A stretch of 64,000 nucleotides of DNA from the human T2T-CHM13v2.0 reference genome, Homo sapiens: assembly GCF_009914755.1 (NCBI RefSeq), contig NC_060925.1; one strand, given 5' to 3'. A program made the position numbers and the translations under genes. Below the pieces are notes generated by a model, which was not told the DNA's origin, made no database searches, and saw only the letters and a list, made by a program, of their open reading frames with translations. Below are positions 1 to 14,928 of the stretch, piece after piece. Numbering within the stretch: position 1 is the first letter of the stretch; every line of letters starts with the position of its first letter.

Positions 1-3000
1 AGTAGAATAAAGAATTTCAGGAATTTAATGTAGGTCTTTTGAAATAACCCAGTCAGATAAACATTTTTTTAAGAATTTTTTTTAAAAAGAGAACAAAACC
101 TATGTGGCATATAGGAAACATAAAGCAACCAAATATTCAGGTTTTCAATGTCTCAGAAGGTGAAGAGGAAACAAAAGTGGTAGAAAACCTATTTAACAGA
201 ACAATAACCGAAAATGTCTGGAATGTAGCAAAAGATGCAGACATCCAGTTACAGGAAACTCAGAAATAAATAGATACAATTTCAAAAGATCTTCTTCACA
301 ATGAATTATCATTAAATTATCAAAGGACAAAGATAAAGAGAGAATTCTAAAAACAGCAAGAGAAAAGGATCTAGTCACTTATAAGGCAATCCCCATGAAA
401 GTAACAGTGGATTGCTCAGCAGAAACCTTACAGGCAAGAAGACAGAGGATGATATATTCAAAGTGCTGGGGAAAAGAAACAAGGATACTATACCCCCTAA
501 AGTTATCCTTTATAAATGAAGGAGAAATAAAGTCTTTCTCAGACAATCAAAAACTGAGGGACTTCATCATCACTAGCCCAGTCCTACAAGAAATATTAAA
601 GGGAGTCATGCCTGGAAGAAAAAAAAATGGTATCCATGACGATGACAACACACGGGAGTATAAAACCCACTGGTAGAGCAAACACAGAAGAGAAAGAACT
701 GAAATGTTACCACTATAGAAAATCACCAAATTACAATGATAAACAATAAGAGACAAAGATAGGACCAAAGATACACAAAATAACCAAAAACCAATTAATA
801 AAATGACACTAATAAGCCCTCACATCTCAATAATGACCTTGAATGTAAATGGATTAAACTTTCCACTTAAAATACATAGACTGGCTGAATGGATAAAAAG
901 CATGACACAACTATATGCATCCAAAAAGAAACTTATCTAATCTGTAAAGACACATATAGACTGAAATTATAAAAGCATAGAAAAAGATATAACAATTATA
1001 AATCCAGGCACACCCAATACTACAGCACCTAGATATTCAAGACAATTATTATTAGATCTAAGGGAGAGAGAGAATCCAATATAATAATAATTAGAAACTT
1101 GAATGATCCACTCTCAGTATTAGAGAGATCATCTAGACAGAAAATTAAGAAAGAAACTTTAAACTGCACATTTAACAAAATGGACCTAACAGATATTTGC
1201 AGAATATTTCATCCAACAACCACAGAATGTACATTCTTCTCATCAGCACATGAAAACTTCTCCAGGACAGAACATACGTTAGGATGCCAAACAAGTCTAA
1301 AAAAAGTTTTAAATATTGAAATCATATCAAGTATCTTCTTGGAATAAAACCAGAAACTGATCACAATGGGATAAAACTATAAATCAATAATGAGGAATTT
1401 TGGAAACCGTACAAATACATGGAAATAGAACAACATGCTCATGAATGACCGTTAGGTCATGAAAAAAAATAAAAGAAGGAAATAAAAAAATTTCTTAAAA
1501 CAAATGACTATTGAAGCTATGGATTACATAAAAACAGTGCTAAGTGAGAATTTTACAGCATTAAATGCTTACATCAAAAAAGCAGAAAGATTTTAAATAA
1601 ACAATGTCACCCAAGAAACTAGGAAAGCAAGAGCAAACCAAACCCAAAATTGGAGAAGAAAAGAAATAATGAAGACCAGAGCAAAACTAAACAAATTAGA
1701 TACTAAAAAAAAAAAAAAAACAACAACAAAAAAAAAAAAACCACACACACAAAGAAATAATGAACAAAAAGTGAAATAATGAACAAAAAGTTGGTTTGTT
1801 AGGAGATAAATAAAACTGCTAGCTAAAATAACCAAGGCGGGGGGAAGAAAAGACACAAATGAACAAAAACAAAGAAAAAAGAAAAAAATCACAATTGAAA
1901 CCACAGAAATACAAAAGATCTTACTATAATAAACAATGATATACTAAAAAACTGGAAAATGTAGAGGAAATAGATAAATTCCTGAATACATACAACCTAC
2001 CACAATTGAATCAGGAAGAAATAGAACACTTGTACGGTGTAATGAGATTGGCCAGTAATGAAAAGTCTCCCAACAAAGAAAAGTCCAGGAACAGATGCCT
2101 TCATTGCTCAATTCTGCCGAACTTTCAAAGAAAAACTAACATAAATTCTTCCTCAAAGTATTCAAAAAAATTGAAGAGAAGGGAATTCTTCCTAAATCAT
2201 TCAATGAGGTAAGCATTACTCTGACACCAACATCAGACAAGGACACACACACACAAAAAGAAAACTATAGACCAATTTCCCTGATGAACATACATACAAA
2301 AATCTTCAGAAAATTACTATCAAACTGAAATCAACAAAACATCCAAAGATTATATACCATGATTAAGGGGGATTTATCCCAGGGACACAAGGATGGTTTA
2401 ATACACAGAAACCTATAAACATAAATCACCACATCAATACCATAAAGGAAAAAACATACAATTATTTTGATAGATGAAGAAAAAGCATTTGATAAAATTC
2501 AACATCTCTTCATGATACAAACACTCAACAAACTAAGCACAGAAGAAACATACTTCAATGTGATAAAGTCCATGTATGGGAAACACACAGTCAACATCAT
2601 TCTAAATGAGGAAAACCTGAAAACCTTTCCTCTAAGAACTGAAACAAGACAAGGATGCCCACGTTCATCACTCCTGTTCAATAAGGTACTAGAAGTTCTA
2701 GTCAGAACATTCAGACAAGAGAAAACCATCCAAATTGGAAAAGAAGAGGTCAGATTTTTACTCTTTGCAGATGACATGATCTTGTATCTAGAAAAGCAGA
2801 AAGACACCACCAAAAAACTCTTAGATTTTATAAATAAATTCAGTAGTTACAAGATACAACATCAAAATAAACATCAATAGCATTTCTATACACCAATAAT
2901 GCATTAGCTAAGGAAGAAATTATAAAGGCAATCCCATTTACAACACCTACAAAAAAGAAGAATACCCAAGAATAAATTTAACTAAGGAGATGAAAAGTTT

Positions 3001-4410
3001 TAGAAGGAAAACTACAAAACACTGATGAAAAAAATTAAAGAACACTAAAACAAATTGAAAGATATTCCATACTCATGAAGCAGAAGAACTACTATTGTTA
3101 AAATGACCATACTGCCCAAAGCAATCTACAGATTAAATGAATCCATATCAAAATACCAGTGTCATTCTTCACAGAAATAGAAAAAAAAAATTCTAAAATT
3201 CATTTGGAACCAAAAAACACCCTGAATAGCCAGAGCAATCCTGAGCAAAAAGAGCAAAGCTGGAGGCATCACACTACCTGACTTCAAAATATGTTACAAG
3301 GCTATGGTCAACAAAATAACATGCTATTATATAAAAGCAGATACATAAACCAAAGGAAAACAATAAAGAACCCAAAAATAAACCTCCATATTTACAACCA
3401 ACTGAATTTGACAAAGATGCCAAGAATATACATTGGGGAAAGGACAAATTTATCAATAAATTGTTCAGAAAAAAATGGAATTCATACGCAGAAGAATGAA
3501 ACATGGGCTTATATCTCTCATCATATACAAGAGCCAACTCAATATGGATTAAAGACTTAAATGTAAGACCTGAAACTATAGAACTACTAGAAGAACACAC
3601 AGGAAACATACTCTATGATGTAAGAGTATGCAAGGGGTTTTCGGGTAAGACTTCAAAAGCACAGGTAATAATAGCAATTTCACAAAAAATACTAAAAATA
3701 GAACTACCATTCAATTCAGCAATCTAACTACTGTGTGTGTATACAAAGGAAAATAAATCAGTATATCAAAGGGATGCCTGAACTTCCATGGTTATTTCAG
3801 CACTATTCACAATAGCAAAGATGTGTAATCAACCTAAGTGCCCATCAACCTAAGTGTCCATCAACGAATGAATGGAAAAAGAAAATATAGTATATATATA
3901 CAATGAAATACTACTTGGTTGCAAAAAAGAATGAAATCATGTCGTTTGCAACAACATAGATGAAACTGGAGGTCATTATCTTAAGTGAAATAAGTCAAGC
4001 ACAGGAAGGCAAACATCTCATGTTCTCACTCATATAAAGCTAGAAAAGTCAATATCATGGAGATAGATATCATGGAGAATAGAATGATAAGATACCTGAG
4101 GCAGGGAAAGGTATTTGTGGGGGATGGGGGGGATGTTGGTTAATGGGTACAAACAAAAAGATACAAGGAATAAGTTTTAATATTCAACAGTAGAGTAGGG
4201 TGACTAGTTTACAACAATGTATTCTATATTTCACAATAGCTAGGAGAGAAAAATTAAAATGTTCCTAACAAAGAAAAATGATAAATACCCCAGGCGATGG
4301 ATAGTCTAAATTTCCTGATATCCTGACTTGATCATTACACATTCTATTCATGTAACAAGATATCATATGTACCCCGTAATTGTATACAAGTATTATGAAT
4401 TCTTAAAAAA
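1..4410 (+). mobile_element. Old LINE-1 (L1MA-like): end of ORF1, decayed ORF2 and 3' UTR; starts before the window
   Basis: ORF fragments 395-676 (ORF1 C-terminus, ...RILYPLKLSFINEGEIKSF), 1099-1347 (endonuclease) and 2467-2880 ([14 protein letters not shown]). L1MA-type 3' end (...TTGATCATTACACATT...TGTACCCC) near 4330-4410. Internal ORF2 deletion near 3675. Confidence 0.9.
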
Positions 4411-4477
4411 TAGCAATAGAGACTCTTCTTATTTCCTGTATTAGTTATATCCAAGCTACTCTCTTGCTGGAGCAACT

Positions 4478-4550
4478 ATGGTGGTGGTTGTAGTGGTGTA
4501 GTGATGCTGGTGATGATGATAATGATGATGATGATGAAGACAAGGATGAT
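4478..4550. repeat. (GGT/GAT)n low-complexity trinucleotide tract
   Basis: ggtggtggttgtagtggtg...gatgatgatgatg read directly. Confidence 0.8.
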
Positions 4551-4924
4551 ATATTCCTGCTAATAAACCTCAATTAAATGACTGCTAATTATGTGTCAAG
4601 CATTCTGCCAACCAAATTTCAGATAGTAATTCAATTTTATGCCTTAGACTAGCTTTGTTATGTAAATGTTATTTTGCTCACTTTGCAGTAAAGAGACTGA
4701 CATTTGGGGAAGTTGAATAATATGTTCCTTGAATCAATCAAAACACTAACTAAGGAAAATAAAACGGGTTTAAAATCACACAGAAATAATCTTTAGTATG
4801 ACCCAAAATTCCTACAATAATCATGAGAGCCTGGTCCTGGGGACCAACGAAAGATAGAAATAAATCCAAATGATCATATGATATTGTTAATAAAGTAGGT
4901 TTAAACAGAAATGAAATATCCATT

Positions 4925-6290
4925 CACAAAAATATAGGCATAGCTACTTTATTCAGGGAGTGAAAGAAAAGTGACAATTGCACAGATAGTAGAAGCTCAT
5001 GCCAGGTGACAGACAGAGACAGAAGACATCAAAATAATTCTTTGATGGCACCCAAAGAGAAGCTCTGAAAGGCCGGTACAGCTGAGGACTTCCTTTGCTC
5101 AGTCTCCACCTGGACAGTGGCAGCATGGCAGCCTCAGAAAGGAAACCTTTTGCTGTCGGGGATCATCATGGGCAGATCACAGGCTAAGGGGAAAGAAGCT
5201 CCCTGTGTATCCCTGGATGGCTTTGATGAGAAGATGCAGGTGGAGCTGTGGAACGAGGTGAGCCAATTATCCCTATCCTTTCGTGGTCCTGATGAATTCC
5301 GAAGCTGTTACTTGCTCTTGGGTGGACACTTTGGCTGGCAGGGTGGGGAAGGTGTCACCAGAGGATATTTCTGCTGGCACTGCTGAGGTGGGCAGGGCTG
5401 TGGACACTTTGGTGGTGGGCAGGGCTCAGGGCACTTCAGGGGTGGACATGGCTCTGGACGCTTTGGCAGGCGGCACACAGGAGGTGGCTGGCAGGGCTGC
5501 TTACATTGCTACTGTTGATAAGACATCCTGCTGGAGTCTCAGAATCTGAAAGAAATTATATAACAGGGTTCACAGGAAGGGACTCCTACAAAGAAAAGCC
5601 AACGTTTATGTAATACCATGGGCTATTTCTCCAGTCTCCAAAAAATTATTTAAACTCCTAATTCCCTTTTCATGACTCTCTGGTTTCTCCTTTCCACTTT
5701 AGCAAATTGCTTTATCAACCCTGGGAAATCCTGTGTTTTCTCATGCAATTTTTCTAAAGAAAATATCTCTGTTATAAAGAATCAAGCATGAAAATAACCA
5801 CTTCATGAAAGGCAGTCACAAGTTCAGATACTCTGGGCAATCTCAGAAGCTATTCCTATCATCATTATCTGTTGTAAAGCCCCAGTGGGCTGATGGGCAA
5901 AGAGCAAAGGGCTGTTTGGGAAGAATTGCAGGCTCTCACACCTGCTAAAACACAAATGTTTGAAAAGGACACCAGAAAGATATAGAAAAAAGGAAAAACA
6001 CTTTGCTTTTACCTCTTCCTCAAATCAAAGCCTTCCTATTAACTTCGCTGTTCATATGAACACCAAGCTACTTACAAAAAAAAGCTAAAACAATGTGTCA
6101 TTATGATCTAATCCTAAGGTTCCATCCACTAAGTAGTGTCAAAACTGTCATCAGAGGTTTGGATCAACCATACTTTCTGTCTTCAGATTAAATTCAACTT
6201 TTGAGGGCCCAAAGAACAGAGAAATTCAAGTAAGCAGACTCACCAGGTTCTCCGAAGCAGATCGGTGCTCAAGTACCAGGAGTTTAGGAG
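4925..6290 (-). pseudogene. SPRR2C: SPRR2C pseudogene, two exons: exon 1 about 6244-6290, intron 5546-6243, exon 2 about 4925-5545; pseudo-CDS 5308-5526
   Basis: Reverse complement of 5308-5526 reads [71 protein letters not shown], with an in-frame TAG at 5509-5511. Donor CTG|GTGAGT at 6238-6243, acceptor TTTCTTTCAG 19 nt before the ATG, AATAAA at 4948-4953. Position next to SPRR2G fits SPRR2C. Confidence 0.93.
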
Positions 6291-6309
6291 TCATGAGGCT
6301 GAGAACCTC

Positions 6310-6480
6310 TTCACAGGGCCTGCTGCCCCACCCAGGGGGAAACGGAACTGCCTAAAATGGGCTGGTCCAGTAATGTCCCATCCAAAATGCAAATTTATCC
6401 ATAACTGGTATGACAGGGAATCTCAAAAAAGGAAATATCCTGTTCTGAGGTCTCCCGCTGGATTAAGTGCTCATGACTCA
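6310..6480 (-). promoter_or_regulatory. SPRR2-type proximal promoter of SPRR2C: degenerate TATA, octamer, Ets-like GGAA, AP-1
   Basis: TGTGAAGAG at the TATA position (6310-6315, 72 nt upstream of the donor); perfect ATGCAAAT at 6387-6394; AGGAAA at 6430-6435; perfect TGACTCA at 6474-6480. Octamer, Ets and AP-1 sites are known SPRR2A promoter elements. Confidence 0.75.
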
Positions 6481-7169
6481 CAGAGGCCCTGCCTTAGCTC
6501 TCAGTTTCAGTGACTTATGGCAGAGAGAAAATTGGGGGATTCTCTAACTGGTGGTCCAAGGCTGTCTTTCTTGATTGGGGGAAAGGATCCCTTTCTATCT
6601 TAACCTTTCCCTGAATTGTAAAACTTCCTGCTCTGATCCACTTTAGCTGATTTCTATATTGTTGTACATGAACTCAACTCTACCTCTACTCCCTTAGTAT
6701 AATTTGCCAATTTGCTAGAAGTAATGAGAAACTGAACATAGTTCTATCATTGGCAAGTCCTGTGATCACAGGTAGGTCACTTCTCCTCCCTGGGTTTGAG
6801 TCTTTCTGTGTTCACAGGAGAGAATAATACCTGGCTCTGGGTTGGAGACTGTCCACATTGTGCTATTTGTAGACTCTTCTTCAAGCCTGAAATTTTTTCC
6901 TCTCTTTTTTTTTTCCTATATAATCCTGGGTTTGACCTATATTCTTTGTGTTTTTAGAGCTGTCTTTTCCACCCAATCCATAGAGGCATTTCTCTGCTAG
7001 GACAGATTCCACAGTGGAATCAAGTCCCCTCGGTGTTTTTCCTCCTTGCTGCCCTCAAAGATGTGTACTACAGACCTTTTAAGGAATTAAAAAATGTACT
7101 CTTAATCGCCAAATTAAAGAAAGGAGAGAAGTGAACAAAAACCACAAGGAGTCACCTAAAACCTATTTA

Positions 7170-8313
<1,144 letters not shown>

Positions 8314-8339
8314 TCACAGCAGAGAACAAGATGCGTAGA

Positions 8340-8775
8340 CTCACACCATCACATGTAAATTCTGGAGACTGGAGATACACACAAGGCTCTTCCCACTGCT
8401 GCTTCTACTTTTATATTCCTCACTGCTCCATAAATCAGTTCCAGTGCTGGGGAGGGTTAAGGCCTTCCCCCATGGCCTGGATTGCCAGGTTACCTGGTGG
8501 TGTATATCCTGGAGGCAGTCCATCCCCCCTCATACTCTGAAAAACTCTGTTTTCTGCCTGGCTCACAGTGTAGGTTGCAGCCTGCAGCTTCTTTCAAAGG
8601 ATGTATGGGGTTTTGTTTTTTTGTGTGTGGGGTCTTTTTTTTTTTTTCAGTTTTCCTGTTAAGTTCCTGCATTACTTCCTGGGAAAAAGTTCACAGTGTG
8701 GATCTCTACACACTATTTTGTCTTTCCAAGTGAGAGAGGCATGCTAACAATGTCTCCAATCCACTATCTTGGAAA
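8340..8775 (-). mobile_element. Old L1 (L1M-like) 5'-end fragment
   Basis: AAGTTCACAGTGTGGATCTCTACACACTATTTTG...CCACTATCTTGG resembles the reverse complement of L1M 5' UTRs (recalled). Confidence 0.5.
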
Positions 8776-11109
8776 AATAAAAACAAACTTCACTCAGAAT
8801 TTTAAGGCCTTTATCCGTTGACTCCTAGCAGCCTGTATTGCTGATAAAGTGATGCTAAGGATTACCTGGAAAAGGAATTTCTTTATAAATCTGGAGGTGG
8901 ACTTGAAGATCCAACTAAAGAGGATCTTTTAACTTCAGGGGACAAAGGAGCCAAAAGTCCTCTTGATTGGGTATGAGAGTTGATTAGGAAAGAAAGAGAA
9001 ACAGAGTAGAATGATGAGGGAAACCTCAATGTGTTTTTTTCTCTTAGCTGCACAAATTGTGGAAGGTAGCTGAATCCTGCATCTGCTTTGAGACACTTAT
9101 TTCTCCCACACATTCTTTATTAGGGAATTACATAAGGATATTCTTCAATGAGTAGTGGCATAAGCTCAAGAAACAGAAAGGTAGAGAAATGGTGGGTTTA
9201 ATCCAGGAAATTATTTAAGAAGGGGAGAGGACAAGGGGTGTACAGGAGACCTGGAGAGCTGTCAGCACAGACTGGAAAAAACAAACAAACAAACAGAGGC
9301 CTCCAGAAATGAAAATCTGAAAAACAAGAAGGAGAACAGACTCTATATCATCTTTTAAATTTTCAAACAATCCAACAAGAAAATAAAGGCTATTGAAGCT
9401 TTAAAATATAGATATGGAAGAAGCTAATAAATGCAGCCCCTGCAGTAAATTCTTATAAAACTGCTTTGTCAAATACAACCATCCAAGAGATATAATCTAC
9501 TAAACATCTCATAGATGGGAAGCTATGGTAAGAGAAATAGTAGTTAGCAATGTATCATTTTAAATAATGAAATAAGCATAGTCATCTGTAGGAACTGAGG
9601 TCATAAAACAGAGCATCGGTATTTATAAACCCTAACAATGTGAAAATTTCTATATAACTAGCAAAAATGTTGAAGTAAAAATGGGTTGGGAAGATACAAA
9701 TTTACTCAACATTTATATTGGTAATTCTATAATTAATATTTGATATTGAAATGTGGAGATAAGAAAATAATGACTCCAAATGCTTTTCATTTTAAGACCT
9801 GCTTATTCAGACTGTTGCAGAAATCTGAGCACGGGAGAAAATTTTGCCTGAAGTTTGACAATTCTTAATTATATCTTGCTTTCCTTTTCTTCTGTTAAAT
9901 TAAATTAATGCATTAAAAATTCCAGCTACGGCACTTCTCTATTCTTTCTATCTCTTTTTCTACTTACTATGCATGGAAAGGTATCTATAATGATGGCTGT
10001 TCATGTTAATCATGGTTACTTTGGAAATAAACTGTGATTATCTTTGGGCAAAAAGAAAGAGCATAGACTCAGATAGAGAGGATCATAGCTTTTCTGTGCT
10101 GTTGAAGTTTTTTAACTTTATAGCAGTATCATTGTAAATAAGACAGAAATGGTAGCTATTTTGGTAGATAACCACAAGAAGGTTCACAACTGGACTGTGT
10201 GTGCTCTAACACAACTTTACATAACACCTACCATTGCACCATTTACTCCAGACCTACTGAACGACAAAGCAGTCTCTGGAACATTGCAGGTGTCTGTGTG
10301 TGTTCTCTGATGTTGCCCCCTGCATCTGGAATACTTTACCTTTCAGCTCTCCCTGATGATCACCTGCATATGCTTCTACAATCTGCTCAGTCATCTGGAG
10401 GTTTTCCTTGCTCCACCCCTATCTTCTCAAGTAGAATCAAATGACCCCAACTGTTCCTTATAGAACATAATTTTAACACAGTATGCATACCAGAATTGCA
10501 ATTATTTTATTTTACATATGATTCTAAGGTTTTTGAGGGCAAGCAAAATGGCTTATCATTTATCGCTTGAGCTTAGTGCCTGGAAAATATATACTCAAAA
10601 CTTATGAAGGCAAGAAGGAAGGAAAAATCAGATAAATAGGGTGGGCATGTCAGAGGGAAGAAGGAAGAAATGAAAGAGAGTAAGATGAAAACAAAAGAAG
10701 AGCTAAAATAATCTGTCTCAAATCAAACAATTACAGGCTTTCCGCCTTTTTGAAAAAAAGAAGATGCTTGCATGTGTATTTTAAGTATTAGTCTTAGTAA
10801 CTTTCCCAAGTTTTTCTGCCTCAACCACATAAATACTAACAAAAGATAAAGAAATACAGGATAAACATATGGTAAACACATATCAAAGAAAACACTTGAC
10901 AAAACAAATCATTTCATTCAGTACCTTACTATTTCAGTGGACTAGCTTGAACATTTTAATTGTATTTTTAGTTGTAGTTATGACATATGTGTTATATAAT
11001 AATAAAATGGTACACAAAATTTTACAGAGAAAAAAAATGCTGCCTCTCACCTCATCATTTGACCATGCAATTTCCTATCCTACTTAAGCTTTTCTGAGAG
11101 AAGGAAGGA

Positions 11110-11375
11110 AGAATAAATACAGATGAGGCAGATTTCAGAGGTGAGTTTCAGTTCATGTTGGGCTTTGTAGATCACTGTAGAGACTGTGTCTCATATTCTG
11201 ATTTAGAAGGGAAGTATCTGGCTAGAGAAGTGACATTATCTTTAAGAGGTTAATTCTGACTACTGTGTTGAGCATTTGTCATATAGAGCAAGGATGAAAG
11301 CGGGGAGAGAGTAAGGAGGCTATAGAAATAATGCAGATATTCAGGTGGCTTGAAGCAGGGTCATAGCAATATCTG
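11110..11375 (-). mobile_element. L2 fragment
   Basis: GGGCTTTGTAGATCACTGTAGAGAC...GGAGGCTATAGAAATAAT...GGTGGCTTGAA, typical antisense L2 motifs. Confidence 0.5.
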
Positions 11376-11389
11376 CAGCAACAGACAAT

Positions 11390-13000
11390 TCAAAAATAAA
11401 ATGTTAAAATCCACTTATAATAACATTTGAAATAAATACCAAAAAACTTTAAGAAAAGATGTGCAAGACCTTTCACTGAACACTGTGTACTTCTCTGCTT
11501 AGAGAAAGTAAATATATGGACAGATATTGCTTGTTCATGGATCAAAAAGTCAGTACTGCTAAGTTTTGTCAATACTGTCAGTTCTTCTCAAATTGAGCCA
11601 TAGATTTAATATAATTTCAGTCAAACCCCCTCAGTGTCTTTTAAAGAATTCGCAAGCTAATTATAAAATGTATGTGGAAATATATAGTACTTGGAGCAGG
11701 ACAAATGAATATTTATTCTAGAACCAAACTAATCAGATGTAGTATTAGCATAAAAATAGACATAGAGATCAATAGAATAGAATAAAGTCCAAAAATAGAC
11801 CCACATGGATATGTATCTATATCTATATAGTTAGTTGGTTTTCAATGAAGGTGTCAGGATAATTTAATGGGCAAAAAAAAGAAACTTGTCAGCAAATGGT
11901 ACTCAAGCAATTGGATATTAATATGGGAAATAGTGAATCTTGATTCTTACTTCACATATACAAAAATTAATTCAAAATATATCACTAAGATAAAAAATAA
12001 AACATTCTGCAATTCTGGAGGAAAACAGGAGAAAATCTTAGTTACAGTGGGTTAGGCAAATTACCATTAAAGCTAAGTATCCAAAATATACTAAAAATTC
12101 ATAAAAAGTAGTCAGAAAAAAACAGCTCAATAGAAATGGGTAAAAGCCTTTAGCAGGCACTTCACAAGAATGTATGTCAAAATGATTAATAAACATATTT
12201 TTTAAAACTTCTAAAAGACATTAATATTTAATAAAATGCATATTCAAAGTACAATAAAAGATAATTATGCCCATACCAGATAGGTAAACTATGAAGGGTG
12301 ACATTGATCGATTAGCTGAAGGAGGGAAAGGAAGCATAAAATCTACTACACAGCTCTAGGCATTTAAATTGGGACAGCATTTTAGAAAACAGTTTGGCAT
12401 CACCTACCAAAGTTGAAGATGCACATACTTCTGGGTGTATATCCTAGAGAAATGTGTGAGCTTGTGCACCCACAGGCAGGAAGAAAACATCATGATGGCA
12501 CTATTCATAACAATACCAAATAGGGAACAACCCGATGTCAACCAAGAGTAGAATAAATAAGGATACAAAAGTGTTGTGTATTTATACAATGATATGCTAA
12601 AATGCAATCATGAATAAGCAAAAATTACACAATGATGGTTGAAAGGAGACAGGCAAAAAAATGACATACTGTATGGTTCCATTTATATGCAATTCAAAAA
12701 CTGGAAAACTTAACTATATCTATTAATATAGATCCCTCTATATTAATGGTTAAAAAATAAAATAAAAAGCAAGAAAGTAATTATGTTAAATGTCAGCAGA
12801 GTGTTTACTTCCAGTGATGAAAGTATAGAGTGTTATTGAATAAGGCAATGTGGAGTCTTTAGAAAGTTTGGTAATGTCATTTTTCTTCAATTTGGCATTG
12901 GTTGCATGAGTGCTCAGCTTGTAATTATTCGCCCTGTACAGCTAAAGTTTATGAACTTTCCGAATGTGTTGATTATATTTCGCCTAAAATAAAGGATTTT
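11390..13000 (+). mobile_element. Ancient L1 (L1ME-like) 3' portion
   Basis: ORF2-end and 3' UTR motifs: ATAGACATAGAGATCAATAGAATAGA, TTTAGAAAACAGTTTGGCA, TACTGTATGGTTCCATTTATATG. Confidence 0.7.
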
Positions 13001-13429
13001 TTATTTTTGTTTTTCTTAAAGACAAAATGTGGCCTGGGGGTTAGGAGGAACTGTCAACAACATTAAGCCAGAGCTTTATTCAACAGCTTACTGTTAAGAC
13101 AATAACTTGGAGTTATTCTGTATTGCCTTGTGTAAACTTTACCTTCTAACATTCCTGTTGGGGCTTGGAGCACAGCAAGAACAAAATTCCCTAAGCATTC
13201 TGCTAGCTGCAATTTGATGAAACTAATCAAATATATTTCCCTTTAAGATGTGAAAACAGGTAGACCTACTTTTCATTTGGGCAGTCCCTCTTAGCAAAAG
13301 AGTTTTAATTAATTCCTCAGTTCTTTTCAACTTTTAAAAAAATATGTTTGAAATACCCTATGTACTTCTGGTTGAAATGCTATGCAAAAGTAATTATATA
13401 CAATTGTTGAGTTATGTACAATAAAATTT

Positions 13430-13571
13430 CAAGACTTTGACCATCCTAAGATGGCTGTCAAACTTCAAGTATATGTCGAAATCATGACTGTATCCTAGAG
13501 ATCCAACCTCTCTGACCTCATTTGCAGACATTTCTCCTTGACCACCATTTTCCTTTTTGTTATTTTGTATT

Positions 13572-13604
<33 letters not shown>

Positions 13605-14100
13605 AGACAGAGTCTTGCTCTGTCGCCCATGCTGGAGTCCAGTGGCACGATCTCGGCTCACTGCAAGCCCGCCTCTCGGATTCACGCCATTCTCCTGCCT
13701 CAGCCTCCCGAGTAGCTGGGACTACAGGCGCCCACCACCACGCCCGGCTAATGTTATTTTGTATTTCTTTAGCACTGGCCATTTCTTCCAACAGGAACAA
13801 TCTACCCCTGATATACCCATGGCTCCCTCTTCTATTCATTCATGTCTTTGAGCCAAAAGTCACTTCAAAGGGTCTTTCTAAATAATTTTCTTTAAATATA
13901 GCCCATGTATTACTATAATTTGTCCTGTGTGTGGGAGGTGTGTGGGGGTCGGGGGGTGGGGGTGATATGTAACTCTCTTAAGACTGTAGACTCTATAAGA
14001 GCAAGGACTTTGTTTGGTCATCATTATCCCTATCAGCAGTGCATAGAAGACTGGCTGGCACATGATAGACAATTAGGAAACATTTGTGAATAAATCAATT
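13430..14100 (+). mobile_element. L2 3' fragment, interrupted by an AluY
   Basis: Ends CTGGCACATGATAGACAATTAGGAAACATTTGTGAATAAAT, like the L2 3' terminus. Confidence 0.55.
13577..13751 (-). mobile_element. 5'-truncated AluY (right arm only), long poly(A), 19-bp TSD
   Basis: AluY diagnostics (CACTGCAAG, TTCACGCCATTCTCC, GGACTACAGGCGCCC), CpGs retained. TGTTATTTTGTATTTCTTT at 13558-13576 and 13752-13770. Confidence 0.92.
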
Positions 14101-14423
14101 GCTATGAGTACACTCAGCTGAATACATGCTCTCTTACTTTTTACAGATGATGAAACTGAAGCTAAGAGAGTTTAGGTAATTTTTTCAGCCATACAAGCTA
14201 GAAGGGGTAAAAATGAGTTTTAAACCAATAAAAGAGAATTATTTGTTGTACCGAATCCAAAACACACATTGCACGCAACACTGAATTCAGTGATGGAAAA
14301 GCCTAATAATTCTAATAATTCAATAGGAATGAAAAGGAACATTCACTTGGTGTAGTTAACAGAAGAGGTTAAAGACACGAAATGCAAACAAAAGCAATGT
14401 GGGCTTGACCATGAAACATGTGC

Positions 14424-14429
14424 TTTATT
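14424..14429 (-). terminator. Polyadenylation signal (AATAAA) of SPRR2G
   Basis: TTTATT on the plus strand, about 280 nt past the SPRR2G stop codon. Confidence 0.75.
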
Positions 14430-14706
14430 GGGGAGAAGCAAAAGAATAAACACACTTGCTCTCAGGATAGGAACCACCATCTACATCACAGACAGCAAAG
14501 CGAGATTAGGCAATGATCTGGCTGCTCATCTTCCAACAACATATCGGTTTTCAGAACTAAGCCTTTTCTCTGTCAACGCTCAAGCCAGACAGAGGTTAGG
14601 GAAGATGCAGCCTCCCACTACAGCTGAAGGGAAGATGATGGAGTCCTGGGAATAAGAAGAGCCACTGGATCTTGTTGTTTCATGGTCCTGATGAATTCTA
14701 GTGATG

Positions 14707-14928
14707 TTACTTGCTCTTGGGTGGATACTTCTGCTGGCAGGGTGGGTATGGTTGCACAGGAGGGCATTTATCCTGGCATGGTGGAGGTGGGCAATGCTCA
14801 GGTGGACAAGGAGGAGGCAGGTAAGGCTCAGGGCACTTCGGGGGTGGACATGGCTCTGGGCACTTTGGCGTGGGGCACACAGGAGGTGGCTGGCAGGGCT
14901 GCTTGCACTGCTGCTGCTGGTAAGACAT
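14707..14928 (-). CDS. SPRR2G: Small proline-rich protein 2G, 73 aa cornified-envelope precursor; whole CDS in exon 2
   Basis: [73 protein letters not shown] has the SPRR2 head, PKCPEPCPP nonamers and PPKSK tail; recognised as human SPRR2G. Acceptor AG at 14950-14951, 21 nt before the ATG. Confidence 0.97.
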   Translation of the reverse strand: MSYQQQQCKQPCQPPPVCPTPKCPEPCPPPKCPEPYLPPPCPPEHCPPPPCQDKCPPVQPYPPCQQKYPPKSK

